36,909 bases of DNA from Anaerolineae bacterium (GTDB taxonomy: Bacteria > Chloroflexota > Anaerolineae > B4-G1 > DUEL01): the NCBI GenBank assembly GCA_029932895.1, contig JAOZPF010000001.1:1-36909 (forward strand), in the 5' to 3' direction. Under the pieces are notes generated by a model, which saw only the letters and a list, made by a program, of their open reading frames with translations, had not been told where the DNA came from and searched no databases. Made by a program: the position numbers and the translations under genes. Below are positions 1-10,119 of the stretch, one piece after another. Position 1 is the stretch's first letter. The number at the start of each line of letters is the position of its first letter.

Positions 1-1492
<1,492 letters not shown>

Positions 1493-1539
1493 TTTCTCTT
1501 CTCCTCGCTGATGATTTTCGTGCCAGCGCATGCACCTAC

Positions 1540-1572
1540 AAAAAAGCCCCTTCGTCTCAGGGACGAAGGGGC
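1540..1572 (-). terminator. T-box attenuator terminator
   Basis: GCCCCTTCGTC-CCTGA-GACGAAGGGGC-TTTTTT; its 5' arm overlaps the antiterminator. Confidence 0.9.
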
Positions 1573-1800
1573 GCTCCGCGGTACCACCCTGACTTGGAGG
1601 ACGGCCCTGCCTGGCAGGGCGTCTCCCGCTTTCGGCCTGATAACGGAGGCTAACCGTCGCCGCTTACTGACCGTTTCACCGGCGCAACTCCCAGGCGAGT
1701 TCGGCCTTGGTGAGGGCGCTCCCCCGGGGCGCCATCTGCCGGGCTTTCACCTGGTTTTTCCCGGCTCGCTGAGGGGATGACCTACTACTCCTGTTCGCAG
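1540..1800 (-). promoter_or_regulatory. T-box riboswitch, Leu (CUC) specifier
   Basis: Minus strand shows AGTA, AG bulge (AGCGAG), GGTGAAA loop, GAA-CTC specifier (CTC at 1699-1697), stem II, CCGTTA box, stem III, and T-box AGGGTGGTACCGCG (1590-1577) directly upstream of leuS. Confidence 0.95.
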
Positions 1801-1827
1801 TGTTTCTCAATGTGATTGTTGGCTCAC

Positions 1828-1856
1828 ATTCTACCGCAGATTGGCGTAATGGTCAA
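1828..1856 (-). promoter_or_regulatory. Sigma70-type promoter for T-box/leuS
   Basis: TTGACC-17 bp-TAGAAT, overlapping the miaA stop codon and just upstream of stem I. Confidence 0.75.
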
Positions 1857-2802
1857 GGGGGGCGAGGTCGAGGTCCTCCAGCCAGCGGGCGATGGCATCA
1901 CCGATCTCGGCCGGCCCGTGCTCCGTCACGTCGAACCAGCGGATGCGGGGGTCGCGGAGGCGGAACCAGTTGTACTGGCGGCGGATAAAGCGGTGGGTGG
2001 CCCGCTTGATCTCGGCGCTCACGTCGGCCAGCGTCGCTTGGCCCTCAAAGTAGGGGCGGAACTGGATGTAGCCCAGCCCAGACATTGCCGGTAGCTCCCA
2101 CCCATACCCCGCCGCCACCAGCCCCCGCACCTCCTCCTCCAACCCCGCCGCCATCATCGTCTCCACCCGGTCGTCGGCGCGGGCGTAGAGGGCGGCTCGC
2201 TCCATCGTGAGGCCCACCTGCAGGACGTGGTAGGGCGGGGGAGTGCGAGTGCGCTGGGCGGAAAAGGGCCGGCCGGTGAGCAGGCAGACCTCCATGGCGC
2301 GGACGACGCGGCGGATGTTGCGGGGGTCGATCCGCGCCGCTGCCTCTGGATCGAGGGCCGCCAGGCGGGCGTGGAGGGCCTGGGGCCCTTCTTGTTGCGC
2401 CTGCGTCTCCAGCCGGGCCCGCAGGGCGGGGTCCGGTGGGACGGCGGGAGGAGCCCAGCCCTCGACCACGGCGCGGACGTACTGACCGGTCCCGCCCACT
2501 AGCAGTGGCAGTCGCCCGCGACTGTGTATGGCAGCGATGGCCTGTTGTGCCAGTTGCTTGAACTGGGCCAGTCCCACCGTCTCGTCGGGGGCGGCGATGT
2601 CGATGAGGTGATGCGGGACGCGGGCTCGCTCCTGCGTCGTGGGTTTGGCTGTGCCGATGTCCATCCCCCGGTAAAAGAGGCGGGAGTCGGCCGAGACCAC
2701 CTCTCCCCCAAACCGCTCGGCCAAGGCGAGGGAGAAGACAGTCTTGCCCACCGCCGTCGGGCCGACGATGACCAGCAGGGGATGTGACTTTGTCATAGCC
2801 AT
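1831..2802 (-). CDS. miaA: tRNA dimethylallyltransferase
   Basis: Motifs GPTAVGKT, SADSR, GMDIGTAKP, PHHLID, VGGTGQY. Start could be 2796. Confidence 0.96.
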   Translation of the reverse strand: MAMTKSHPLLVIVGPTAVGKTVFSLALAERFGGEVVSADSRLFYRGMDIGTAKPTTQERARVPHHLIDIAAPDETVGLAQFKQLAQQAIAAIHSRGRLPLLVGGTGQYVRAVVEGWAPPAVPPDPALRARLETQAQQEGPQALHARLAALDPEAAARIDPRNIRRVVRAMEVCLLTGRPFSAQRTRTPPPYHVLQVGLTMERAALYARADDRVETMMAAGLEEEVRGLVAAGYGWELPAMSGLGYIQFRPYFEGQATLADVSAEIKRATHRFIRRQYNWFRLRDPRIRWFDVTEHGPAEIGDAIARWLEDLDLAPLDHYANLR

Positions 2803-2826
2803 CTCTTCTCAAGGCGCGGTGCCGTT

Positions 2827-3195
2827 TCAGCGTTCGACCGCGCTCTCCAGTACCTCCACTCGCAACAGTCTCCCGGCCCGGTCCATCTCCACTGCCACCA
2901 GGTCCAGCCGCCAGGCCACATCGTCTATTTCGTGCGCGGCGAGGTAGCATTCGGCCACAGCGACCATTCGCGCTTGCTTGGCGGGGGTGAGAGATTCCTC
3001 CGGCGTGCCAAAGTCGCGGCCACGGCGGGTGCGGACCTCCACAAAGACCCACGCGCCGTCGTGGCGGGCGACGATGTCCACCTCGCCGGCCTGGCAGCGC
3101 CAATTCCGCGCGACGATCTCGTAGCCGCGGCGGGCCAGCTCACGGGCGGCCAGTTCCTCACCCTGACGGCCCAGTCCCACGCGATTGCGGTTCAC
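2827..3195 (-). CDS. yraN: YraN/UPF0102 family putative endonuclease
   Basis: Motifs LGRQGEELAA, ARNWRC.GEVDIVA and FVEVRTR. Confidence 0.9.
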   Translation of the reverse strand: MNRNRVGLGRQGEELAARELARRGYEIVARNWRCQAGEVDIVARHDGAWVFVEVRTRRGRDFGTPEESLTPAKQARMVAVAECYLAAHEIDDVAWRLDLVAVEMDRAGRLLRVEVLESAVER

Positions 3196-4346
3196 CGTTT
3201 CCTCCGGCGTCGTTCCTCCACCAGTCGCTCGTAGTGGGCCAGAAGCTGGGCGGAGGTGCGGCGGATGTCGAACCGGGCCCGAATCCGTCGTGCTCCCACG
3301 GCCAGCCGGGCTCGCAGTTCGGCATCTGTCGCCAGGCGTGTCATCCGATCGGCGAAGGCGTCCACATCCCTGGGGCTCAACAGGCCGTTTTTCTCTTCCT
3401 CAATGGTATCTTCGATGCCTGGAGATAGGATGCCCAGGGTTGGCAGGCCTGCCGCGAGTGCCTCAAGCAGGGCCAGCGGGTGCACTTCGGAGACGGAGGC
3501 GGTGACAAAAAAGTCCGCCATCACCAGCCAATTGGGAACCTGCTCATACGGCACAGCTCCTACCAGGTGGACTCGCTGAGCCAGGCCGGTCCAGGAGATC
3601 AGCTCCCGAATGTGTTCACTCTGTGGACCATCGCCGATGATGGCGAGGTGGAGGTCAGGGGCCTTTGTGGCGGCCCGGCTGAAAGCGCGCAGGAGAAAGA
3701 CCACGTTCTTCTCTGCCGCCACTCTTCCCACAAAGACAGCCACGCAGGCTTCCTCTGGTAGCCCTAGAGCAGCTTTGGTGAGGGGGGCGGTGGGGTTGGC
3801 GATGCGTTTCACTTCCACCCCGTTGGGTATGACCTCGATGGGAGTGTTGACCCCCATCACTTTCAGCCGCTTGGCGATGTGGCGGCATGGGGCCACGACC
3901 AAGTCGCACTGGTTGGCGAAACGGGGCAGATAGGTTTCGAGCACGTTCTCGGAGAGAGGGGCGGGCACAAAGGGGAGGTAGTAGCGAGCATAGAGGTCAT
4001 ACCTAGTGTGGTTGGTAAAGACAATGGGAACATTGACCTTGCGAGAGATGCGGAGTGCCTGGCGGCCGGCCAGGAAGGGGTGGTGGACGTGAAGGACGTC
4101 CATCTGCTCAGCCAGTCGTCGGGCCCGAGGGGAATAACGGAAGCTCAGGTTGTAGCCGGTATCCGAGAGGGGGACCGCCGGGGAGCGAATGACGTTGGGT
4201 TCGAGGTCCTGGTATTCCTCGTGACCGATGGTAAAGACATAGACCTCATGCCCCCACGATTCCAGGGTCTTTTTGTGGAGAGCGATAAAGTTGGTCACGC
4301 CGTTGATGACCGGCTTGTAGCAGTCGGTCAGTTGTCCAATACGCAA
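3192..4346 (-). CDS. GT4 glycosyltransferase (diacylglycerol glucosyltransferase-like)
   Basis: Motifs TDCYKPVINGV, HVHHPF, FVGRVAAEKN and SVSEVHPLALLEA. Confidence 0.85.
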   Translation of the reverse strand: MRIGQLTDCYKPVINGVTNFIALHKKTLESWGHEVYVFTIGHEEYQDLEPNVIRSPAVPLSDTGYNLSFRYSPRARRLAEQMDVLHVHHPFLAGRQALRISRKVNVPIVFTNHTRYDLYARYYLPFVPAPLSENVLETYLPRFANQCDLVVAPCRHIAKRLKVMGVNTPIEVIPNGVEVKRIANPTAPLTKAALGLPEEACVAVFVGRVAAEKNVVFLLRAFSRAATKAPDLHLAIIGDGPQSEHIRELISWTGLAQRVHLVGAVPYEQVPNWLVMADFFVTASVSEVHPLALLEALAAGLPTLGILSPGIEDTIEEEKNGLLSPRDVDAFADRMTRLATDAELRARLAVGARRIRARFDIRRTSAQLLAHYERLVEERRRRKR

Positions 4347-4356
4347 GAGCTACCCC

Positions 4357-4863
4357 CTAGCGGTCGAAATAGATCGACTTGCCGGTGGCGGAGAGGGGGA
4401 TGGCCATCACGATGTCGGCGTCGATCAGGCCCAGCTCCCGTGCTACGACCGCCGCGCGGTACATGACGCGGTTGTCCACGTTGAGCATCCCGGCGGTCTT
4501 GACCGCCGAGCCGATAGCGATGCCCAGATCTATGAGCCGGATCGCGCACTGCGGGCCGCGGAACTCGCCATCCACTGTGTTGAGCTCGACGCAGGTCTCA
4601 CTGCCACAGGCAGCGCAGTCCAGCCCCAGCACGTCGGCGTCCTTCAGGCCGATAAGCACCATCGCCTCCGAGTCGAGCACGTTCTGTCCGTCGCGGTCAA
4701 AGTTGCCCTTGCCGCTGCGTTCGCCGTAGGCGAACATCGCCTCGCCGAGACGGTGCAACTCTTGCCCCTCTATGATCTTGACCACGACAAAATCGCGCCC
4801 CGCCGCCTTGGGCGCGGTGCGGGCAGAGATCTCCATCAGTTCGGCCACTGTCCGCAGGTTCAT
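4357..4863 (-). CDS. DUF2148-type ferredoxin-domain protein
   Basis: True start is ATG 4863, in an ATGA overlap with the OsmC gene. Motifs SARTAPKA, CAACGSETC, DLGIAIGSA, DNRVMY and GKSIYFDR. Confidence 0.8.
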   Translation of the reverse strand: MNLRTVAELMEISARTAPKAAGRDFVVVKIIEGQELHRLGEAMFAYGERSGKGNFDRDGQNVLDSEAMVLIGLKDADVLGLDCAACGSETCVELNTVDGEFRGPQCAIRLIDLGIAIGSAVKTAGMLNVDNRVMYRAAVVARELGLIDADIVMAIPLSATGKSIYFDR

Positions 4864-5276
4864 GCTTCCTCCTTTATGGTGTAGTCGTAGGTGATCTCGG
4901 CCGCAGCCTCGAGGGTGGTTCCTACAGAGCAGTACTTGTTCTTGGAAAGCTCGATGGCGTCCTGCACCGCCTTCTCGCTCAACCCCCGCCCGCGCAGCCG
5001 GTAGGAGAGGTGGATGTGGCGGTAGGTCCAGGGTGGGTCCGGTTCCTGTTCCCCGGTGACAGAGACCTCCAGCCCGGTGAGCTGTTGCCGTTTCTTGGTC
5101 AGGATGTTGACCACGTCGTAGGCGGTACAGCCGCCCAGTGCCACCAGCAACAACTGAGTGGGGCTCATCCCGGTGCCGTTCTCCCTGTTCTGGCTTGACA
5201 TCACCACCGAGTGTTTGGTGGCGTCGGTTCCCACAAATTGGAGTTTTTCCAGCCATTTCACGTGTACTGTAGCCAT
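4860..5276 (-). CDS. OsmC/YhfA family protein
   Basis: Motifs SPTQLLLVALGGCT and KYCSV; AAGGAGG RBS. Confidence 0.88.
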   Translation of the reverse strand: MATVHVKWLEKLQFVGTDATKHSVVMSSQNRENGTGMSPTQLLLVALGGCTAYDVVNILTKKRQQLTGLEVSVTGEQEPDPPWTYRHIHLSYRLRGRGLSEKAVQDAIELSKNKYCSVGTTLEAAAEITYDYTIKEEA

Positions 5277-5294
5277 AGAGCCCTCCTTCAGGTG

Positions 5295-5322
5295 TTGCGT
5301 ATTACATATTGCGTAGTAACCG
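5295..5322 (-). repeat. Short degenerate 7-mer tandem repeat (TACGCAA)
   Basis: Minus strand reads TACGCAA-TATGTAA-TACGCAA, spanning the DUF72 stop and preceding the OsmC RBS. Confidence 0.45.
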
Positions 5323-6078
5323 TTGTAGCTGTCGCGCTGTCCCCACCGCTTGCCCCTGCCAGTGGTTGTTCATATAGACGAGAGTGAGAGAGGCCGCTTC
5401 ATCCAATTGGTGGATCTTGGGCACCCACTCTGCCAATTCCTCGTCGGTGTAGCTATAGTTGTACCGTTCCCAGGCCTCGTCGTGTTGCCACCACTTGGCG
5501 GCGTTGCGGCCGTGGAAACGGACATAGGCGATGGGGCCGGTCGCTATGGCTAGCGGGGGGACCAATCCCTTGAGTCGGGGCTGGTCGACGCAGCAAAAGC
5601 CCAGCCCCAACTCGCGCAGCATATCAAAGGTTCGCTCCGTGATCCAGTCCGTCCCACGGAACTCGACCACCAGTGGCAGATCGCCGAACCCGTCCCGCAG
5701 GCGGCGCAGGTAGGCGCGGTTCTCCTCGTTGGCGTGGAAAGAGTGGGGGAACTGGGCGAGCACGCAGGCGAACTTGGCGCGCTCCCGGAGCGGGGCCAGG
5801 CTGTTGGTGAACTGGCGGATGAGCGGGTCCGGCTCCTCCCGTTCGTGGGTGATCCCCTTGTATGCCTTGAGGGCGAACAGGAACCCCTGCGGCACCTTGT
5901 CCGCCATCCGCTCCAGGGTGCGCGGATTGGGGATGCGGTAATAGGAAAAGTTGAGCTCACAGGTGGGGAACTCGGCCGCGTAAAAGCGGAGCCAGTCCGC
6001 CTTGGGCAGGTCCGGCGGGTAGACCGGGCCGACCCAGTCTTTATAACTGAAACCGCTGGTGCCGAGCAGAATGGTCAA
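5302..6078 (-). CDS. DUF72 domain protein (YecE/YunF family)
   Basis: Motifs GTSGFSYKDW, ELNFSYY, QFPHSF, VEFR, YVRFHGRN and YMNNH. Confidence 0.92.
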   Translation of the reverse strand: MTILLGTSGFSYKDWVGPVYPPDLPKADWLRFYAAEFPTCELNFSYYRIPNPRTLERMADKVPQGFLFALKAYKGITHEREEPDPLIRQFTNSLAPLRERAKFACVLAQFPHSFHANEENRAYLRRLRDGFGDLPLVVEFRGTDWITERTFDMLRELGLGFCCVDQPRLKGLVPPLAIATGPIAYVRFHGRNAAKWWQHDEAWERYNYSYTDEELAEWVPKIHQLDEAASLTLVYMNNHWQGQAVGTARQLQRLLRNM

Positions 6079-6090
6079 AGGGTGGTTCTC

Positions 6091-8109
6091 CTACTCGCTG
6101 CCCGTCAGGCTGGCTTTGAAAGCCTCTTCCTGGTCCTCGGTGGTGAGGGCGATGATGACGTCATCCGCCTCCAGGCGCGTCTGACCACGGGGGATGAGGA
6201 TGTGGTGGCCCCGGCGGAGGGAGGCGACGATGCACTTGGGTGGAATACACAACTCTTGCAGCGTCTTGCCGACCGCGCCGTCCCCATCCCGCAGCCGGAT
6301 CTCCACCAGGCGGGTGCCGAGCTGGTGTTCCAGGCGGGCCCGTTCCGCCTGGGCCAACCGGCTCTGCTTGTCCATATAGGCGTGGGAGTAGGCGCGGATG
6401 ATGTCGCCCCGGCGCAGCATCCCAATCACGCGCTTGGGATTGGCCCGGTCCACAACCGGGATACGGCCCACGTCCAGCGAGCCAAAGTGGCGCAGCGCGT
6501 CCTCCAATGTCTCATCAGGGAAAGCGGTCCGCACGCGCGTAGTACAGACATCGCGCACGTGCCCGCTCATCAGCCGTTCTGACCCCGCCCGTTCCAGGTC
6601 CGCTAGAGTGACCACGCCAAAGAGGTTCTTGTTCTCGTCCAGCACCACCAGGCCGTGGTGGTGGGTCTCGTTAAAGATGCGGGCCAACTCTCGCAGTGGC
6701 GTATCGGCGGTGACGGTGGCCATCTGGTCGATAGGCGTCATCGCCTCGGCCACCATGATGGCCTGCATCAGGTTGAGGTCTTTGCCGGCAAAGACGTCAA
6801 TGCCACGTCGCTTGAGCTTGAGGGTGTAGATGCTCTCGCGGTCCAGCCACCGCGCGACAACGGCGCTGAGGACAGTAGCCAGCATCAGGGGCAGGATGAT
6901 GCGATAGTCCTGGGTCATTTCAAAGAGGATGAGGATGGAGGTGATGGGGGCGCGGGCGGCGGCGGCAAAGACGGCCGACATACCCACCAGCGCGTAGGCG
7001 GCTGGCGTGGCGGTCCCTGCCGGCATCCAGCGGTGGACTATCAGCCCGAAGAGGCCGCCGAGCATCGAACCGACAAAGAGGGAGGGGGCAAAGACCCCGC
7101 CGGAGCCGCCGGAGCCGATGGTGGCCGAGGTAGCCAGGATTTTGAGCAGGATGAGGAGGGCGACAGCGCCGACCAGTAGCTGGTTGTGGAGGACGGCGGT
7201 GATAGCCCCGTACCCCACGCCGAACAACTGAGGAAACCAGAATCCGAGCAGTCCCATCAGCACGCCGCCCACCGCTGGTTTGAGGTACTCGGGAAAGTGC
7301 CAGGCATCGAACAGGTCCTCGAACCAGTAGAGGCAGCGGGTGAACCCCACGCCGACGAAAGCGGCGACGACGCCGAGGAGAGCGTAGACAGGCAGTTCCC
7401 AGGCGCTGACAGGAGCGTAGGGAGGGATGGGGAATGCCGGCACGTCGCCCAGAAAGATGCGCCCGATGACGCTAGAGGCGACGGAGGCGACCACGACCGT
7501 GGTGAACTGCATCAGGCCGAACTCGGCCAGAATGATCTCCAGAGCGAACATCACCCCGGCGATGGGGGCATTGAAGGTGGCTGCGATCCCCGCCGCTGCG
7601 CCGCAGGCGACCAGGTTCTTGGTTCGCTCGTCGGAGAGGTGGAGGAGGCGGCCAAAGGTGGAGCCGAGGGCGGAGCCGATCTGGACGATGGGTCCCTCCC
7701 GTCCGGCTGACCCGCCGCTGCCGATGCAGATGGAGGAGGCCAGGGATTTGACCACGACGACGATGGGGCGGATGTGACCGCCGTGCAGGACGACGGCCTC
7801 CATCACCTCCGGCACGCCGTGTCCCTTGGCCTCGCGGGCCAGGAAATAGATCATCGGCCCGACCAACAACCCGCCGAGGGCCGGGACGATGATGACATAA
7901 TAAGGCCCCATAAAGGCCAGCCACTCCCCCAGTGTGTCAAAGTAGAAATGGTGAAAGGAGCCGATGAGCCAACGGAAGATGACCGCGCCGAACCCGCCTC
8001 CAATTCCGACCAGGAGAGCCAGCAGCACCATCACGGCGCTCTCCGAGGTCCAGAAGCGGTTGTAGGCAGTCGAGACGCGGTCCTGCAAGCGAGCTGCGTT
8101 GTGGGTCAT
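6091..8109 (-). CDS. ClC chloride channel/antiporter with CBS pair and C-terminal TrkA-C (RCK_C) domain
   Basis: Motifs GHGVPE, GREGP, FNAPIAG, GGVFAP and ESIYT; CBS repeats; terminal IPRGQTRLEADD. ATG 8109 has a GAGGAG RBS (alternative GTG 8130). Confidence 0.92.
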   Translation of the reverse strand: MTHNAARLQDRVSTAYNRFWTSESAVMVLLALLVGIGGGFGAVIFRWLIGSFHHFYFDTLGEWLAFMGPYYVIIVPALGGLLVGPMIYFLAREAKGHGVPEVMEAVVLHGGHIRPIVVVVKSLASSICIGSGGSAGREGPIVQIGSALGSTFGRLLHLSDERTKNLVACGAAAGIAATFNAPIAGVMFALEIILAEFGLMQFTTVVVASVASSVIGRIFLGDVPAFPIPPYAPVSAWELPVYALLGVVAAFVGVGFTRCLYWFEDLFDAWHFPEYLKPAVGGVLMGLLGFWFPQLFGVGYGAITAVLHNQLLVGAVALLILLKILATSATIGSGGSGGVFAPSLFVGSMLGGLFGLIVHRWMPAGTATPAAYALVGMSAVFAAAARAPITSILILFEMTQDYRIILPLMLATVLSAVVARWLDRESIYTLKLKRRGIDVFAGKDLNLMQAIMVAEAMTPIDQMATVTADTPLRELARIFNETHHHGLVVLDENKNLFGVVTLADLERAGSERLMSGHVRDVCTTRVRTAFPDETLEDALRHFGSLDVGRIPVVDRANPKRVIGMLRRGDIIRAYSHAYMDKQSRLAQAERARLEHQLGTRLVEIRLRDGDGAVGKTLQELCIPPKCIVASLRRGHHILIPRGQTRLEADDVIIALTTEDQEEAFKASLTGSE

Positions 8110-8153
8110 AGTTCTCCTCTGTACCTCCACAAGTATGGCCAGCGGAGGGGGCG

Positions 8154-8181
8154 CGGACGGGACAGTTGCCTGCCCCGTCCG
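8154..8181 (-). other. Intergenic GNRA-capped hairpin without U-tract
   Basis: CGGACGGGGCAG-GCAA-CTGTCCCGTCCG, a 12-bp stem with one G-U pair on the minus strand. Confidence 0.6.
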
Positions 8182-8202
8182 TCTCCGCCCGCTGCGTGCG
8201 GA

Positions 8203-8745
8203 TCACTCAACCAGGTTGAAGTAGATGTCGGTGGGCTTAAATTTGGAGTTGCGCAGGAACCGCCCGCGCACTTTTTTGCCGATCCAGTGGGTGCCGGCCT
8301 CTGCGGGGTCTACCCCAAAGAGCCGTCCCAGGAACAGCGTGTCGCACTCGTCGAATTTGACCATTATCAGCACGTAGGGACATTGGGGCAGGAATTCTTC
8401 CGAGCCAAAGTGGCAGACGGTGAAGGCGTGGATGTGTCCCTCCGGCTCGATCTCGACCCACTCGGTCTCTTTGCCGCTGTACATATCGTGGCCGCGCGGG
8501 GTGGCGTAGGTGTAGCCGCTCTCTGGTTCGCGGGAGACGATAAAGCGCTTGTTGGCCAGCGCGGCGAAAAAGGGCGAGTCCTGCCCGTAGGAATAGTTGT
8601 ATATGGCGGTGTAGGGCTGCTTGATCACGATGGGCGACATCTGTTTCAGCGCCGAGAGGTCGTCGCCGGTGGGGAAGGGGACGTTAAAGATGGTGGTTCC
8701 CTCCAGGTTCTCCTCGATCTGCTTGGGAAACTCTTTTTCTGACAT
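8203..8745 (-). CDS. DUF35 (ChsH2-like) rubredoxin/OB-fold protein with cysteine-free Zn ribbon
   Basis: ATG 8745 with GGAGG RBS; motif TEWVEIEPEGHIHAFTVC..PYVLIMV; adjacent to the thiolase. Confidence 0.85.
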   Translation of the reverse strand: MSEKEFPKQIEENLEGTTIFNVPFPTGDDLSALKQMSPIVIKQPYTAIYNYSYGQDSPFFAALANKRFIVSREPESGYTYATPRGHDMYSGKETEWVEIEPEGHIHAFTVCHFGSEEFLPQCPYVLIMVKFDECDTLFLGRLFGVDPAEAGTHWIGKKVRGRFLRNSKFKPTDIYFNLVE

Positions 8746-8755
8746 CGCTCGCCTC

Positions 8756-10114
8756 CTACTCTTCCCGTTCCAGGATGCTGACAGTGACATAGGTACCGGT
8801 GCCGGCGTGGGAGTGGATGGCACCCCGATGGGCGTCTGGCACCTGAAGGGTGGGGTCACCAAAGTGCTTTTCGATGGTGTGTTGCAACTGCCAGATGGCA
8901 AAGACCGCCTGCATCAGGCCGGTCGCGCCGACAGGGTGACCGCAGGCGATCAGCCCGCCGGAGGGGTTGACCGGGCATACCGGTTCCTCTGGCAGGTCAA
9001 GCCCATAGTCGATGCCGGGCATGAACGCCTTGCCGCTGGCGGCAAATGCACCCCCCTCCCCATAGCGGCACAATCCCATGTCCTCATAGGTCTGGATCTC
9101 GGAAGAGGTGTAGGCATCGTGTAGCTCCACAAAGTCGATCTCGTGGAGCGGGTCGGTGATGCCGGCATTCTTGTACGCCTCTTTGCTGCCCATTCGCCCA
9201 GCGCGGAAGGAGTGAACGCCGGGGTAACGGAAGCCGTGGTCCCACAGCTCTTTGTAGTAGGCGCGGGAGTCGTCGTCCATCTCGTTGGGCAGGGCGTTGT
9301 AGCGGTAAAAGTCGTCGTAGGACTGGTGGGGCCGGTCGGCGAGGCGCATGGCATCGGTGCCGCGGCCGATGCCGCTGACGCGCACTTTGGGCAGCGAGCG
9401 TCCGGCCGCTTTCTCCAGCTTGGTCAGCCCGTCTTCGGAGCAGAGGACAGTGCAGGCCGCGCCGTCGCTCATCACGCAGATGTCGAGGCGGGTCAGCGGC
9501 CAGGCCACCATCGGCGCCGAGCGCACGTCCTCGATGGTCAGCCGCATCCGTTTCTGGGCATAGGGGTTGTGGTAGGCGTTGATGTGGTTCTTGACCGAGA
9601 CGTGGGCCAGTTGCTCCGGTGTGGTGCCGAACTCGGCCATGTGGCGGCTGACCATCATGGCATAGTAACCGGAGTAGAAACCGCCCACCGGGTAGTCGAA
9701 CGAGACGTCGGAGGCCAGGGCGATGAACTCGTTCCCCTTCCAGGTTTCGACATGGCTCATTTGCTCGAACCCGTAGCAGAGGACGACGTCGGCGTAGCCG
9801 GAGGCGACCGACTTCCAACCCTCCTGGAAGCAGATGCCGCCGGTAGCCCCGCCTCCTTCGACGCGGTGGGATGGCTTGGGCAGCATGCCGATATAGTCCT
9901 GGGCCATGATGGCGGCCATCAACTGGCGGGTGAAGTGGTCGGAAAAATACGAGGCCACTGTTGCATCTACCAGCTCCCAGAACTTGGGGTGCTCGATCCC
10001 CAGGTCGGCGATGGCGTAATCGTAGGCTTCCTTCACCAATGCCGGGAAGGTCTTGTCGGGCCGGGCCTTGGCGAACTTGGAGACCCCGCCCGAGACGGCA
10101 TATACTGGACGCAT
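8756..10114 (-). CDS. SCP2/SCP-x-like thiolase-superfamily protein lacking the nucleophilic Cys
   Basis: Motifs VSVKNH, SDGAA, ELHDAY, VNPSGG and GHPVGATG; VEGGGATGG sits at the CxS/T position. Confidence 0.9.
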   Translation of the reverse strand: MRPVYAVSGGVSKFAKARPDKTFPALVKEAYDYAIADLGIEHPKFWELVDATVASYFSDHFTRQLMAAIMAQDYIGMLPKPSHRVEGGGATGGICFQEGWKSVASGYADVVLCYGFEQMSHVETWKGNEFIALASDVSFDYPVGGFYSGYYAMMVSRHMAEFGTTPEQLAHVSVKNHINAYHNPYAQKRMRLTIEDVRSAPMVAWPLTRLDICVMSDGAACTVLCSEDGLTKLEKAAGRSLPKVRVSGIGRGTDAMRLADRPHQSYDDFYRYNALPNEMDDDSRAYYKELWDHGFRYPGVHSFRAGRMGSKEAYKNAGITDPLHEIDFVELHDAYTSSEIQTYEDMGLCRYGEGGAFAASGKAFMPGIDYGLDLPEEPVCPVNPSGGLIACGHPVGATGLMQAVFAIWQLQHTIEKHFGDPTLQVPDAHRGAIHSHAGTGTYVTVSILEREE

Positions 10115-10119
10115 AAAAG

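Noticed and set aside
8110..8202. Fluoride riboswitch or CLC-F exporter
   Set aside because: No crcB-motif consensus upstream, and the protein has GHGVP/GREGP rather than GNNLI/GREGT.
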